Assembly: GCA_964016885.1 (NCBI GenBank)
Contig: OZ024740.1
Span: 152,148,001-152,212,000, forward strand
Source of the DNA: Eledone cirrhosa
Lineage: Eukaryota
Direction of reading: 5' to 3'
DNA: 64,000 nucleotides
Shown here: one piece after another, positions 38,371 to 50,420 of the stretch
How the letters are laid out: each line of letters begins with the position of its first letter
Position numbering within the stretch: position 1 is the first letter of the stretch
Notes under the pieces: generated by a model
What the model was told of the DNA's origin: nothing
The model's database searches: none
Seen by the model: the letters and a program-made list of their open reading frames with translations, nothing else
Made by a program: the position numbers and the translations under genes

Positions 38371-38453
38371 GTTGGCAGGTAAGCAGTAAACTGCACTGAG
38401 GAAGGATAATCACCCAGAAACATTAGTGTCTGCAGTTCTGTTTGCATGCCAAC
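38371..38453 (+). ncRNA. Type I hammerhead ribozyme motif (Penelope-pLTR type), core intact
   Basis: AACTGCA-CTGAGGA-AGGATAATCACCCA-GAAA-CATTAGTG-TC-TGCAGTT; stem I extends via GTAAGCAG/CTGTTTGC and GTTGGCA/TGCCAAC; GUC cleavage triplet ends at 38430; stem II weak. Confidence 0.75.
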
Positions 38454-41149
38454 ACAAGAGCGAGAATGAGGGGCTCATTCTACTGACATGGCTTATAAAA
38501 GAGTCTGTGTGCATAATTGAAAACAAATCGAATATTACTATTAATATTTGAAAAACTCAGATTGCATTTGTATAAATAAATATATATATATATATATAAT
38601 TATATTACATTATATTTAGAATGTTGAGAAGTGACACACGAGTTGATATATATGTATATAAAGTGACAAAAGTGCTGTGTGGTTACTAATAAATATTTAG
38701 AAAACGTAAGAGAAACACAAACATATAGGACAATTCCTGCTCTTCGGCTGTCTGCTGTGGGTCACTGTTAAATATAATGGAAATTGCATTTATATGTTTG
38801 TTATTTCTTAGCTGACACCATATATACACAACCAGAAAGGGGCTGATAATTTCAACAATTTAATCTCACAGAAAATTGAATTTTCATGCTTAGGGAGGAA
38901 ATTAAATTTTTGTTGGCTGGTAAAGTGACAGCTCTAGACATGTTTTGGAATTATCATACTCCATCAACAACCTAGAGTTTTCTTTATGGTAGAATACACT
39001 TGCCCAAGGTAATGCACAGAGGAATAAAACCAGTAAAGATGCAGTTATGAAGTGAACTCCTTAACAAAACAACTAAGCTTTGTTAGCTTGCTATTTCAGA
39101 AAATAGCTGTGTAATATTACAATTAGCTGTGAATATATGAAGTCCACTCTTTCTAAACATATGTTGCCTTTTTTATTATATTATTTAGTACGTGTATGAC
39201 ATATGTGACGTTGCAAACGCTTTACTTCAAATTTGATGTATTTAAACATAATGGTTTAGTCAACTGACTGAGAAATCAACAGGTTGTTGAACCATACGAT
39301 AATAAATCAGCAGTTTATGTCTTGCATTTTCACTGTGTTGTATCTATTAATTTTCAATAGCTCAGTCTACATAGCTGTAAGTAAGTACTGTATGTTGGTA
39401 TAATGAATGTTTCACAGTAGAGAAGAACATCACATTAAAATGTTGGCTTGCACTATTTAGTTCAAATACTCCACTAGAAACATGTGTACTAGCCAAACGT
39501 CTGGAGCCAGTGTTTAGATACTTAGCAAAATAAACTAGCTTTATAAAGTTCACCCCTTTCTCTTAGTTATGTGCCCCATTGTGTTGAACCTAGTTTTGAC
39601 ACTTCTTGCTCTGGTATCATTAAGAACATTTCTAAGCTTGAATTTTCCACTACACAATAAATACTAACCAACACCAAAACATGACAGGTCATAACACCAT
39701 ACAACCTTCTCCATCACTTTTGGATATTTCCACAATGCTGCTATGTGGAAATGATGTTTAGTGATTTATTTATTGATTGTAGGAAATTATTATATACATA
39801 TAAAAATGAGAAAACTCATCGTTAGTACAGCCGTTAAAACAGCTAAATGCTGTCAAAGAGATCAGAGGACAGTGGTCAAAAGGTCTCTCTGTTGGCAACT
39901 GGGCCCTGTCCTCTGAGGCATTTTTGCCCATCACTGTCTTTGACAGCATTTAGCTGTTCTAGTGGTGAGTTTTCTCATTTGTATATGTATTCAAATACAC
40001 TCTTGCTTCATCTCAATCAGAGACAACATTGCTTTAAAATATTATATATTTAATTTAGTTATACTTTTGTATAAAAGTAATCCTTTAAGGTTCAATAATG
40101 CGTCTCCCTGAGGTTTGTAACCTAGGTATGCAGCTGCCTTGTTGGTCTTAATTGCAGTGTCAGCTCTGCAAGTATCCTATTCAGGAACATATCTGTCTTT
40201 CATCTGTTTAACACAAAACAAAGATAAGCAAAAGTTATATAATTACTTTTCTTTGTCAATAAATCTTATTCTCAGTGGAAGAGAAACATTAAGTATTTTC
40301 AACTGAATCAATCTCAACATTTCATTAGTATTTATTTCCTTATACTCAGACAGATAAGACGAACTCAACCTTGTTGAACATCTACCTTGGTTCTGTGTCA
40401 CATCATAACATGAAAATTAAAACATTTTTCAGGAATTTAGCCAAATCATATGTTGGAACAAACACTGTTGTACTTTCAAAGAGCCATCTCTGCCAACAAT
40501 AACAACATACACCAGTTTTGATTATTTACATCTTTATGAATATCAAAACATTTCATCTGTGAGTCCCTCATTAATTTCTGGTGAGAGAGGAATATTGAAA
40601 TTAAAATGATAACAAGAAAAAGAAGATAAAATAAACAAACCTCATAAGAATTGTGTTGTGGATTAGTGAAGTTATCAGGTCACAGGTTGTGACAAAATAC
40701 TTAAATATTCACAAAAACTAACTGAGATTTAGATACCAGAGAATAGATAAGGTCATGGATGCGTGACAAAATACTTTGATATTCATAAGTAAATAACTTG
40801 GAGTACAAATAGCAATCAGTACATGTGTTTAAATATTGGAAAAATTACATTTCCAAAACACAATAGATTTTTATTTGGTTTCAAGAAGATGTATTTAGAA
40901 GAACTCCATAAAAAGAATCCTGCTGTCTCTACAATGTTGATTTCAATATCATATGTTTCAATCTTAATTTCATCACCATCATTTCTATTCCAGTTCCATC
41001 ATTCCCGAAATATTGATATATTAAAATGTATATTGCCTATTTCGAATAAATAAAAAATGCATTTTTAATTACTCCTACACACAACAATAAATATTGTATA
41101 GCATCTAATATAGCATTATAACTGATAAAGTAACAACTGAAATGTTAAC

Positions 41150-41547
41150 AGTCCATATCCACAAAGTTATTAACCATCTCGCCAATTGCAACCCTGAGTA
41201 CCTTTTTGATCTCCATGTGTCTAACACACGTGGACATGCCTACAAAATCAGAAAACAGCACAGCTCCCATGACTTTCGTAGACATTTTTTCACGCTCAGA
41301 GTTGCTGAAGCATGGAGCAAACTGCCTACGTCAGTTGTTAGCTGCCGAGACACTGCATCCTTTAAGACACTCATGCTTCCCGAAATACACCAAAACTACA
41401 CCTGATGTACCCCTTCCATACACATGCACACATGTGTGTATCATGACTCGTGCACTGTTCATTTTCCTGATGTTTGTGCATTGCCCTATGTACTGTACAT
41501 GCACTTTTTGATGAGTTGTGGTGCACCTGGGCACTGTACACAATATT

Positions 41548-41586
<39 letters not shown>

Positions 41587-41710
41587 CATGACTCATACAC
41601 TGTTAATTTTCCTGACATTTGTACATTATTCTATGTACTATACATGCACCTTTGATGAGTTGTAGTGCACCTGAGCACTGTACACAATAATTTCATTATT
41701 ATTATTATAT
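41150..41710 (+). mobile_element. 3' end of CR1/L2-group LINE with tandemly duplicated 3'UTR and (TTA)n tails
   Basis: NTRGHAYKIRKQ..RRHFFTLRVAEAWSKLPTSVV..FK C-terminal motif; ~41440-41583 repeated at ~41586-41707. Confidence 0.85.
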
Positions 41711-42654
41711 TGTTACTAACAGCATTGTTCTCTATACAATTACTGTTATTCAGCACACAGTTTCTCTTGAAATCTACCAAACTATCACCATCCTTTCACT
41801 TATATGATTGTCCAACCACTACCTAATAACTGTAACCCACCACTTATCCACAACACCCACTTCAAGTGGAACATCATGCTAGTTAAATTTTCTGAGGTCT
41901 GCCAATAATAGGATATTTATCCCTGGCAGCAATTGTGCATCACACCTGAGCGTTTCTAGATAGCCAAGCAGGAGACTGAAGTCATTCTGTGATGCATCAC
42001 TCTCTACATCCCTCAAACTCTTCCTAGAAGCAGACTGCATCTTAAAACCAGCCTGGGCATCCAGGTGACATACTTACTAACAGACTGCTAAGTACCAAAG
42101 GTATTTTTCATTTCCATCTCAATAAATGTGCTATGACTTCAGTTTTTTGTGATTTTCTCAGCCGTTTATGTTTTAACCTAGCTGAATGGCCCACATGGCT
42201 AGTGTACTTCTGCTCCTCTCCTAAACACTGAATTGTTCTTATGTAGCCACCCAGCATCTGTATAGGTTAAGAGCACTAACTACAGCTATCACGAACATAT
42301 CCCACCTTCACCAAATGATTAGCTTTAATCTACCACCTCAACTCATATGTCTACCATTTATGAAACAAAGGAAGTCTTTGTGCATAACATGGCTTCCAAG
42401 GAATCCTTCTTGCCCAACTGAAGTCAGTAATGCTAGCTCTGTACAAAAAAAAGAAAGATTTCTGCAAACTTTCTGGAACCCTCTTACCCACCACACCTCA
42501 ACCATCATGTCTATGTAAGAAGTACTCCCACATATGAAGCGTTCCAGGGCCAGTGCTACTATTAGATTAACTAAGCAGCCACTCAGGGCACAGATATAAG
42601 AGAGGCATATTACATTAACTATATAATAATTTCCTACAATCAATACTATATAAC

Positions 42655-42925
42655 TAAACATCTTTGCTGCGAAGCACCATTGTGAAAATATCCAAAGTGG
42701 AGAGAGGGCTATATGATATTATGGCTTCTTACACGATTTGGCATGGATGAGTGTGGACTGTGTAGTAGAAAATGCAGGCTTAGTAATTTTTGTTGTGCTG
42801 TTGGAACAAGATGTGTCAAAACTAGGATTGTCAGCAACTATAAGTTGAAACTATTTCATTTGGGCGCACAGCTGGGAAAAAAGGGCACACCTTGTAGGGC
42901 ACTAAATACCCAGGTGCTGGCCTGA
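42655..42925. repeat. Unclassified ~270-bp interspersed repeat; copies ~7138-7440, 34270-34545 (rev), 39540-39780 (rev), 51470-51770
   Basis: Shared AAACATCTTTG..TGTGGAAATATCCAAAG..GAGTGTGGACTGTGTAGTAGAAAA..GCTTAGT. Confidence 0.7.
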
Positions 42926-44074
42926 AGCCTCCATGTTCACTGCCCTCTATGTTCACACATACAGTATAGGTCTCTTTCTCAATGCCTTTAATCTGGGCCT
43001 CTTAGAGAAATTTTGTATGCTGGAATAAGACCACTTTTGATGGTGGTAGTGATGATCGTGATGGTGGGGTGGATGTAGTTATTGTTTATGTTATGGTATT
43101 GGCAGTTGTGTAGTGTGTGATGGGTTGTACTTGTTACTCTGGTAGGTGGTAGTGGTGGTGATAGGGGTTATGGTGATGGTGGGGTGGATGTTATTGTTTA
43201 TGTTTTGGTATATAATGACTAGTATTTGTTGGTGGTTGTGATGGTGATTGTTATTTTTATTTATGACAGTAATTTAGTTGATGTATGTTGTATGGTATGA
43301 TATGGTATGGTGTGAGGGGGAATGGATGGGTGAGTTGATCTTTCTGTATAAAATAAGAAGAAAATTCCCCAAACCACAATTATTGTCAATCAGTTCATTT
43401 GTCCTTTGTTTGAACAGAAATTTTACATCGTCAAACTCTGGTGTTAAATTTCACAATTATTACCTTCACTATCACAATCAGGACCTCTAACACCGCTACA
43501 GCCGTCAAATTCTGCTTTCCTTGGTCAAGAGACTTGCTCTTTCAGCCTGATATAACAACTATAACTACAATTCCAAAGGTGAGTTTTTAAATGTCTTTTA
43601 ACCTTACCTGTCTATCTATCCATTCATCCAACCATACATCTAGCCATCTATCTATTTACCTACATTCCTACTTATATTCCCCCCCCCCTCTCTCTCTCTC
43701 TCTCTCTTTCTACATACATGTAAATAGTGTATATGTATGCATGTTTGTATGATTTTTTGCAAGATTTTTTAAATAGTTTAGTTAAGAAGGGCTCTGAAGA
43801 GCAGAGTGCATTATAGTAGTGCATTATAGTAGCAGAAGGAAAGGTTGACTATATATACGTCGATTCTTCGAAGAAAAAATAACGTCAGATTCTCTAGAGG
43901 TTAAGGAAACTCAGGAAAAACAATGATCGCAGATGTGGTGATAATTTATTTTGCTATTTTTTTTTTTTTTTTTAGCAATTTCTTACATAAACATTTGCAC
44001 ATGATGATTAATACATGCTAAAAAAATAACAGGCGTAGTGATATAAAGTAAGGGAGAACACTCAGGAAAACATA

Positions 44075-44560
44075 ACGGTTTCTGATTTAGGTACATGGCC
44101 AACAATTTTTTATGGGAGGGAAAAGTCGATTAAATCGACATCAGTACGTTACTGATGCTTGATTTTATCGACCCCGTAAAGATGAAAGGTAAACCTAACC
44201 TCGGCGGGATTTGAATTCAGAATGTAAAGAGCCGTAACTATATGCTACAAATCATAATTGTTTCTACTTTAGGCACAAGGCCAGCAATTACCCAGTACGT
44301 TACTGGTACTTTATTTTATCGACCCCGTAAGGGTGAAAGGCAAAGTCAACCTCAGCTGGATTTGAACTCAGATCGTGTCCGACGTTCTTACGATACTGCC
44401 AATCCAAACATAACAATATTAAAATAATTGTTTCTTCTTATATTAAAATAATTGTTTCTACTTTAGGCACAAGGCCAGCAATTATCCAGTGCATTACTGG
44501 TACTTTATTTTATCGACCCCGTAAGGATGAAAGGCAAAGTTAACCTCGGCGGGATTTCTT
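44075..44560 (-). mobile_element. Three tandem, partly truncated SINE copies
   Basis: Repeated GGCACAAGGCCAGCAATT..TTTTATCGACCCCGTAAGG units starting ~44075, 44253 and 44447. Confidence 0.85.
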
Positions 44561-44924
44561 ATATTAAAATAATGGTTTCTTATATCAATCCAAACATAAA
44601 AGGGGGGTTTAGAGCAATGTTTCTCAACCCTTTTTGTCCCACGCTCAAATTTGATTTAAAAAAAAAAATGCGCCCTACCATGGTCGGACAATGTTAGTGT
44701 ATAGTTCAATATGTTCAAGTAGGCATAACGTCAAGTTAAGGAAAATCAGAATATACAAGTTTCTAATTGAACAAAAAAAAATTAAAGGAAAAGGAAAAAT
44801 CAATTTAATTGACTCCAGTACATGACCAGTAATATATTTTGTCTACCTCGAAAGGATTAAAGGCAAAGTTGACTTCAGCTGGATTTGAACTAATACATAA
44901 AGAACCAGAACAAATACCGTAAAG

Positions 44925-45144
44925 CAGGTATGTCAAATTGAGGGTCCCCCGAGGGCTACATGGGTCACATATGTGTTGTCTGAGGGCCACACATGACAAC
45001 TAATTGCAGACATTATAACTAATGTTTTTTTATCTTATATTACGAAGATAAAACATGCTCGTGCTATAAAAACTTTTGTGCGGGCCGCAGGTGTGCTTGT
45101 AAAGGGTCACATGTGGCCTGCGGGCCGCATGTTTGAGATGCCTG
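44925..45144. mobile_element. hAT-type MITE with perfect 8-bp TSD
   Basis: CCGTAAAG|CAGGTATGTCAAA ... TTTGAGATGCCTG|CCGTAAAG; GCGGGCCGCA subterminal repeats. Confidence 0.85.
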
Positions 45145-45850
45145 CCGTAAAGTATTTGTCTAACGCCTCAGCGGAAAGGGTTAGAGTCTTTTTCTTTTTT
45201 CTTTTTTTTTCTTTTTAGCCATTTCTTATATAGTCCCAAACCTCACAAAAATATTGCCACATCCCACCTGTTGGCTGTGTGCCCTACCTTGAGGAAACTG
45301 TGTTGGAGGTTTCTCTTTTACATAATGTGATCTACTGTCGGGTCCCAAATAATAGGGGTGGGGGAATAAGCAGGGGAGGAAGGGCATTTGCTTAATTTCT
45401 TATAAGCGGGGAGGGAGGGGAATCGGTAATCGTATGGTGTACATTCGAAAATATGGGAATTCTTGTAATGTTCTTTTTTCTCATATATAATGGAGTTTTT
45501 TTAATGTAAAATAAAATTATTATTAGATTCTACAACTGCTGTATCGATATGAATCACTTACAATAAAATTTCGCCGGAGATAGATTATCAAAATTTTATA
45601 AGCGGGGGTAAAAAAATCTGAAAAATTAATAAGTAGGGGTGGGGTGAAAAGATTATTCAAGACCTGAGAATATTTTTGAGTTTTACAGCTTTTTGTTATT
45701 ATTAAATTTTTTCTTCCGACCAGGTATGTCACAAACAGGACTATTTAAAACCATGTTAAAGCGGGGCAAAGTAATTTCTGGAAGTTTGTGTAAGATGGAT
45801 GTTCTTATCGGAGTTTCTCATCATATTGGTCTTCTCGTATTTTATTTCAG

Positions 45851-45942
45851 ATGGCACGGAATATTTTGTTATTTGGAATTGTTGCTATGGTACTATGTTC
45901 TCTTGCAAGTGCTGAAACATTGCCAGGATTAAAAGAATTCTT
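45851..45942 (+). CDS. Exon of unrecognised small secreted protein: signal peptide MARNILLFGIVAMVLCSLASA followed by ETLPGLKEF
   Basis: ttttatttcag|ATG...TTCTT|gtaagt; basic n-region, hydrophobic h-region and A-S-A cleavage motif; possible upstream UTR donor cag|gtatgt at 45724. Confidence 0.75.
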
Positions 45943-48900
45943 GTAAGTGAAATTTATTTTATGATTTAAAAAATATCATAAGTGATGATTATGATGATTA
46001 TGATGATGATGATGGTGATTGGGCCTCCTTCGGTTTCGACCATGAGCATTCAGGTATTATATCAACTGAACGTCTAGCTCATGAATTAACGTGTAAGCGG
46101 TTGAGTATTCTAGAGACACATGTACCCGTGACGCAATTACCATGTTGAATGAGTGGGATAAAATATGTGACAACGCTGGACCATTGAATTATAGGTACAA
46201 TCCACTCAACTGGCTTCCATACAGTTTCCGTCAACCGAATTTCTTTTACAAGGCTAGTGATCGATCCGGGGCTATAGTAAAGGTACTTGTCCAAGATGCC
46301 ATGAACTGCGATCGAACCTGAGACTTAATGATTACGAGGCAATATTCTAATCACAAAGGAAATACATTAATATAACGTTGTTCTGTTGATGCTGTTGTTG
46401 ATGTTGTTGTTACTACTGCATAGCCACGTCTAGATCAGTAGTGATTCTCAAGGGAAGAATTGGGGAGGAATCTAAACTATAAAAGTATAGTGTACAGTGT
46501 GCATATATCAAATGTAATACCAATACATCCAACTATAAGGACGATTACGAATACAGTACACAAAAAAAAAAAATCTGCTTCTTCAGACATAATCCTGTTC
46601 AGTTATTGAGGTTTCAAAAGCTTAGTCATGTTAATATGATGCTCGGGTAAAATATTCAAAATGGGGTAGAATTGAGGAAACCTCGGAGTGCAGGGGGGGG
46701 GGGGGGGGGTGATCGCGGTTTCTGAGAAGCACAGATCTAAATCGTCTTTTGTTTCAAACATATTGTCATTTTAGCTTGTTTTATTTAAGACCACAATTAG
46801 TTGCAACCGGTCACATCTTTCATACACGAAGAACCAAGAAACTAGAGCTTATTAGATATTTACAATTAATAAAATACGTAAAATAGAATGATTAAGTAAT
46901 TAATTGTTTCTATTTTAGGCACAAAGCCACCAAATTGAAGGGGAGGGGACAGTCGATTAAATAGACCCCAGTTCACTACTAATGCTGTAAGGATGAAAGG
47001 CAAAGCTAACCTCGACAGGATTTAAATTCAGAACGTAAAGGGCCGTAACTCTATGCTACGAAGCATGGTGTCCGATACTCTACCGATACTAACAATCCAC
47101 CGCACTAGAAGGATTAGTAATGAATAAAATTCACATTTTTTTTTTATAAATAATTAATAGGTTTTGGAAAATAAAATAAAATTTCAACAAGTAAGTGAAA
47201 GACAAAAAGTATTTAGCTGACATTTTATTTATGGATCCTTGAGGTATGAAAGATAAAATTGATTCGAGGGGGTTTGAACTCAGAACGCAAAGTGCAGGAA
47301 CAACTACTGTTAAGATTTGGCGGACGTTGTAACGATTCTGTCATATTACAATATCTATATCGTTGTCTCTTCCTTCCTGAGAATGGTGGAGAAGATTTTG
47401 TCTGAAAATGTCTAGAATATAATTCATGAACATCTTTCTCAAAACACTGACTACACAGAATCTAGCTTAACATTGGGATACACTCCAACTATAATAAGTT
47501 TAGAGGTATAGCAAATGTTGCACTCTCATAGAGTTCATATTGCCTACCCGCTGTAGTGGATACTGCCCGCCCTGACACCAACCAGGGAGATTTCCGAGTT
47601 TCTGCACAAAAATACGTTGTCATAACCATGACTAAGAAGTCCCATCTGTCCCGGATGCAAGCCACTTAAGACATTTTAGAAGACAGTAGAATCTCAAGCC
47701 TACTCCAACTCTGCCAATAACGACCTTTGGAGGTTATGGCCCTCCATAGATCCTGAGGCCGAATTTTCCAGTTGATACGATGAATGGAAAAGCCTGCAAG
47801 TGGCTGAGCAGTTCACAAACACGTGCTTTTCTAAGGCTGGCTGTTTAAATTACAGGTATAACTCATTTTGCCAGCTGAGTGAATGGAAGCAACGTGAAAT
47901 AAAGTGACTTGCTCAAAGTCACAACGGGCCACCAGGAATCCAATTTAAGACTTTACAATCGTGAGCTGAACACGCTAACCTCTAAATCATACGTCCTCAA
48001 AACACATACATATACGCACATGCATACATAGAAACATGCATAGAAATATTCATACATACATACATGGTGGCTGCCAACTCGTTTTAGAGTACGGCCAATA
48101 CTTCATATCCATGTAGGAGAACCCCTACTGATGCGCTGAACGAGTGTGACTTTTTAGTCCAGCCAGCGACTTGAAAACTCTGGTACAACACTGCACTTGA
48201 GACAATTATTGACAGATAGTGCTGGGCCCATGGTACCATGTGACGACAAGTGCAGAGAGATCTCCAGATATAAAGCAATGCCTGTGCCGTGAAGCTTTTA
48301 TAGTGAGCAAAGGCACTGCACAAAGCCAGTCCCACTCTCTTAACCAAGATGATATTTACCAAAAAGAAGAACAAGTCAACATCATTGGATACCATCAGAG
48401 TTGCAGGTGTTATATCAGAGTTTTCCTTCTCCTAGAATTCTGCCTTGATAAAGGCTAAGGGGTCATCTCTCCCGGTGATTTTGGATGGCCATTGACTCTT
48501 AAGAGCTCCTTTGCCCTTTGACAGGTTTGGTGATACTGGTAACATGTATCCCAGTACAACCTGTCTCATGGTCGGGTCATTGGCGACTAAACTGGCAACC
48601 CCGCCAAGGTTTCTTGGTGAGGAGGGTGACTTTGGACATCCTGCAGGACTAAAAACATACATACATACATACATACATACATACATACATACATACATAC
48701 ATACATACATACATACATGATTGCTTCATCTTTGCAGATGATTGCCGTCTCCCTATGCACCTCCATCAACCATCACCAAAAGTTCGTCCATGGCTCCTTA
48801 GGTGGTTTTTAAGTCCAGCATTAGATTTGCATGATCTGCAGAAAATGTGACTGACAAAGGTGTGTCCTCTATTGGATTTATTGGGTCAGTTTGTGGGATG

Positions 48901-49272
48901 TCATCCTTATGTACCCCCATATGCCTTTTAATACATACATACATACATACATGAGGACTGAAGCGTCTTCACGTATGATTGCCGTCACTTATTGTTTTTT
49001 CATTGTCATCCCTTCCGCGTCCATGACTTCATAGATGATGTTTTAGACCAGCTGTTGATCTGCATGGTTTATGACACAGGCAACAAAAGAGAGTTGTGCT
49101 TTCCACAGGATTGGTGGAGTCATTTTGTGGGATACAATCTTTATGCAACCATACATACATGCACATTTTCTTAAATATGTTTCAGATGGCCTGTCCTCGG
49201 GTGAACTATGAATAAAAGATTGTAAATTTCCATTTGAGTTATCAAATAAGATATTTCTTTTGGCTCCCTACT

Positions 49273-49482
49273 TTTTTACTTAATATCATATTCTGTTTCT
49301 GATTTTTACTTAATATCATGTTCTGTTTCTGATTTTTACTTAATATCATGTTCTGTTTCTGATTTTTACTTTATATCATGTTCTGTTTCTGATTTTTACT
49401 TTATATCATATTCTGTTTCTGATTTTTACTTAATATCATGTTCTGTTTCTGATTTTTACTTAATATCATGTTCTGTTTCTGA
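49273..49482 (+). repeat. 30-bp minisatellite, 7 copies (TTTTTACTTAATATCATGTTCTGTTTCTGA)
   Basis: Directly visible tandem array ending just before the acceptor AG at 49487-49488. Confidence 0.95.
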
Positions 49483-49488
49483 TTTTAG

Positions 49489-49591
49489 GAACGAAGAAGG
49501 TGCTTTAGTCTCACCTGCTGAGGTCGCTCGTGCACAGATGGCTCAAAAACTGTTCCAACATGCTAAACTTATGATTGGTAAAATTAAGTAA
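49489..49591 (+). CDS. Second coding exon of the secreted protein: (L)NEEGALVSPAEVARAQMAQKLFQHAKLMI, then either donor at 49578 or read-through GKIK* (stop 49589-49591)
   Basis: gattttag|G AAC GAA GAA...; phase 2 matches the upstream exon, open frame, GC-richer coding-like composition, long AG-free pyrimidine tract upstream. Confidence 0.65.
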
Positions 49592-49721
49592 AACTAAGTA
49601 ATCTTATCGAAATGGTGAGCCATTTTAAATCTCCTTCTATCTCACTTTGTGTCTGTTTATTTGCCCTCAACTCTCTGTTTTTGTTTATTCGTCCCATGTA
49701 TTTCGTCTTTTTGTGCGCAAC

Positions 49722-49864
<143 letters not shown>

Positions 49865-49944
49865 CCGATGATAAATAAATGCTAATTTCCATAAAATATA
49901 TTGTGTAACACTTTATTAGTTTTTCTAAGTCTTCTTCTTGACTC

Positions 49945-50420
49945 ACTTATTCCCGAGAGGGTCGTGGGGAAAGAATCCTCAAGCACTCCCTCCAGTGGGT
50001 CCTGTCAGAAGCAACCCTCTCCAACTGATCCGGCTTAACCCCCAAGCGTGACTAGCAAGCTCATGGATGTTATCCAGCCATCTTGTTTTGGGTCTACCCC
50101 TGGGTCTCCTACCTCTTGGTTTCGCCCGTAAAATCTGTCCACCGATTCTTTCCTGAAACATTCTAACCACGTGCCCCTAGTATCAGAGCTGTGATCTCTC
50201 AATTCGGAGAAGTAGCGGCTCTACCTGGATTGACCCTCTGATCTCCGAGCTACGTATTTTATCGAGTAATGTTACTCCAAAGACTCTTCGGAGGAATCCT
50301 ATTTCGGCTGCTTGTATTCGCGATCGTATTCTTTCAGTCATTACCCAAGATTTATGCCTATAGGTAAGGGTTGGCACAAAACTAAATTGAATCGCGAGTT
50401 TGGCTTTTATGCCTACCTCC
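49945..50420 (-). mobile_element. RTE-clade LINE 3' fragment
   Basis: PTLTYRHKSWVMTERIRSRIQAAEIGFLRRVFGVTLLDKIRSSEIR...GHVVRM...GRRPRGRPKTRWLDNI. Confidence 0.9.

Noticed and set aside
45693-45932. 79-aa ORF from the track as the real gene product
   Set aside because: Different frame from the signal-peptide exon and runs through a probable intron (45724-45850)
49273-49482. CRISPR-like 30-bp repeats
   Set aside because: Head-to-tail units with no spacers, no cas genes, eukaryotic intron context
49489-49577. NPY/NPF or PDF/cerebrin identity for the secreted peptide (SPAEVAR resembles APAEDMAR)
   Set aside because: No RxRF/Y-G-K/R terminus and no KR-NxG/SxLxxL exon found; the similarity is superficial
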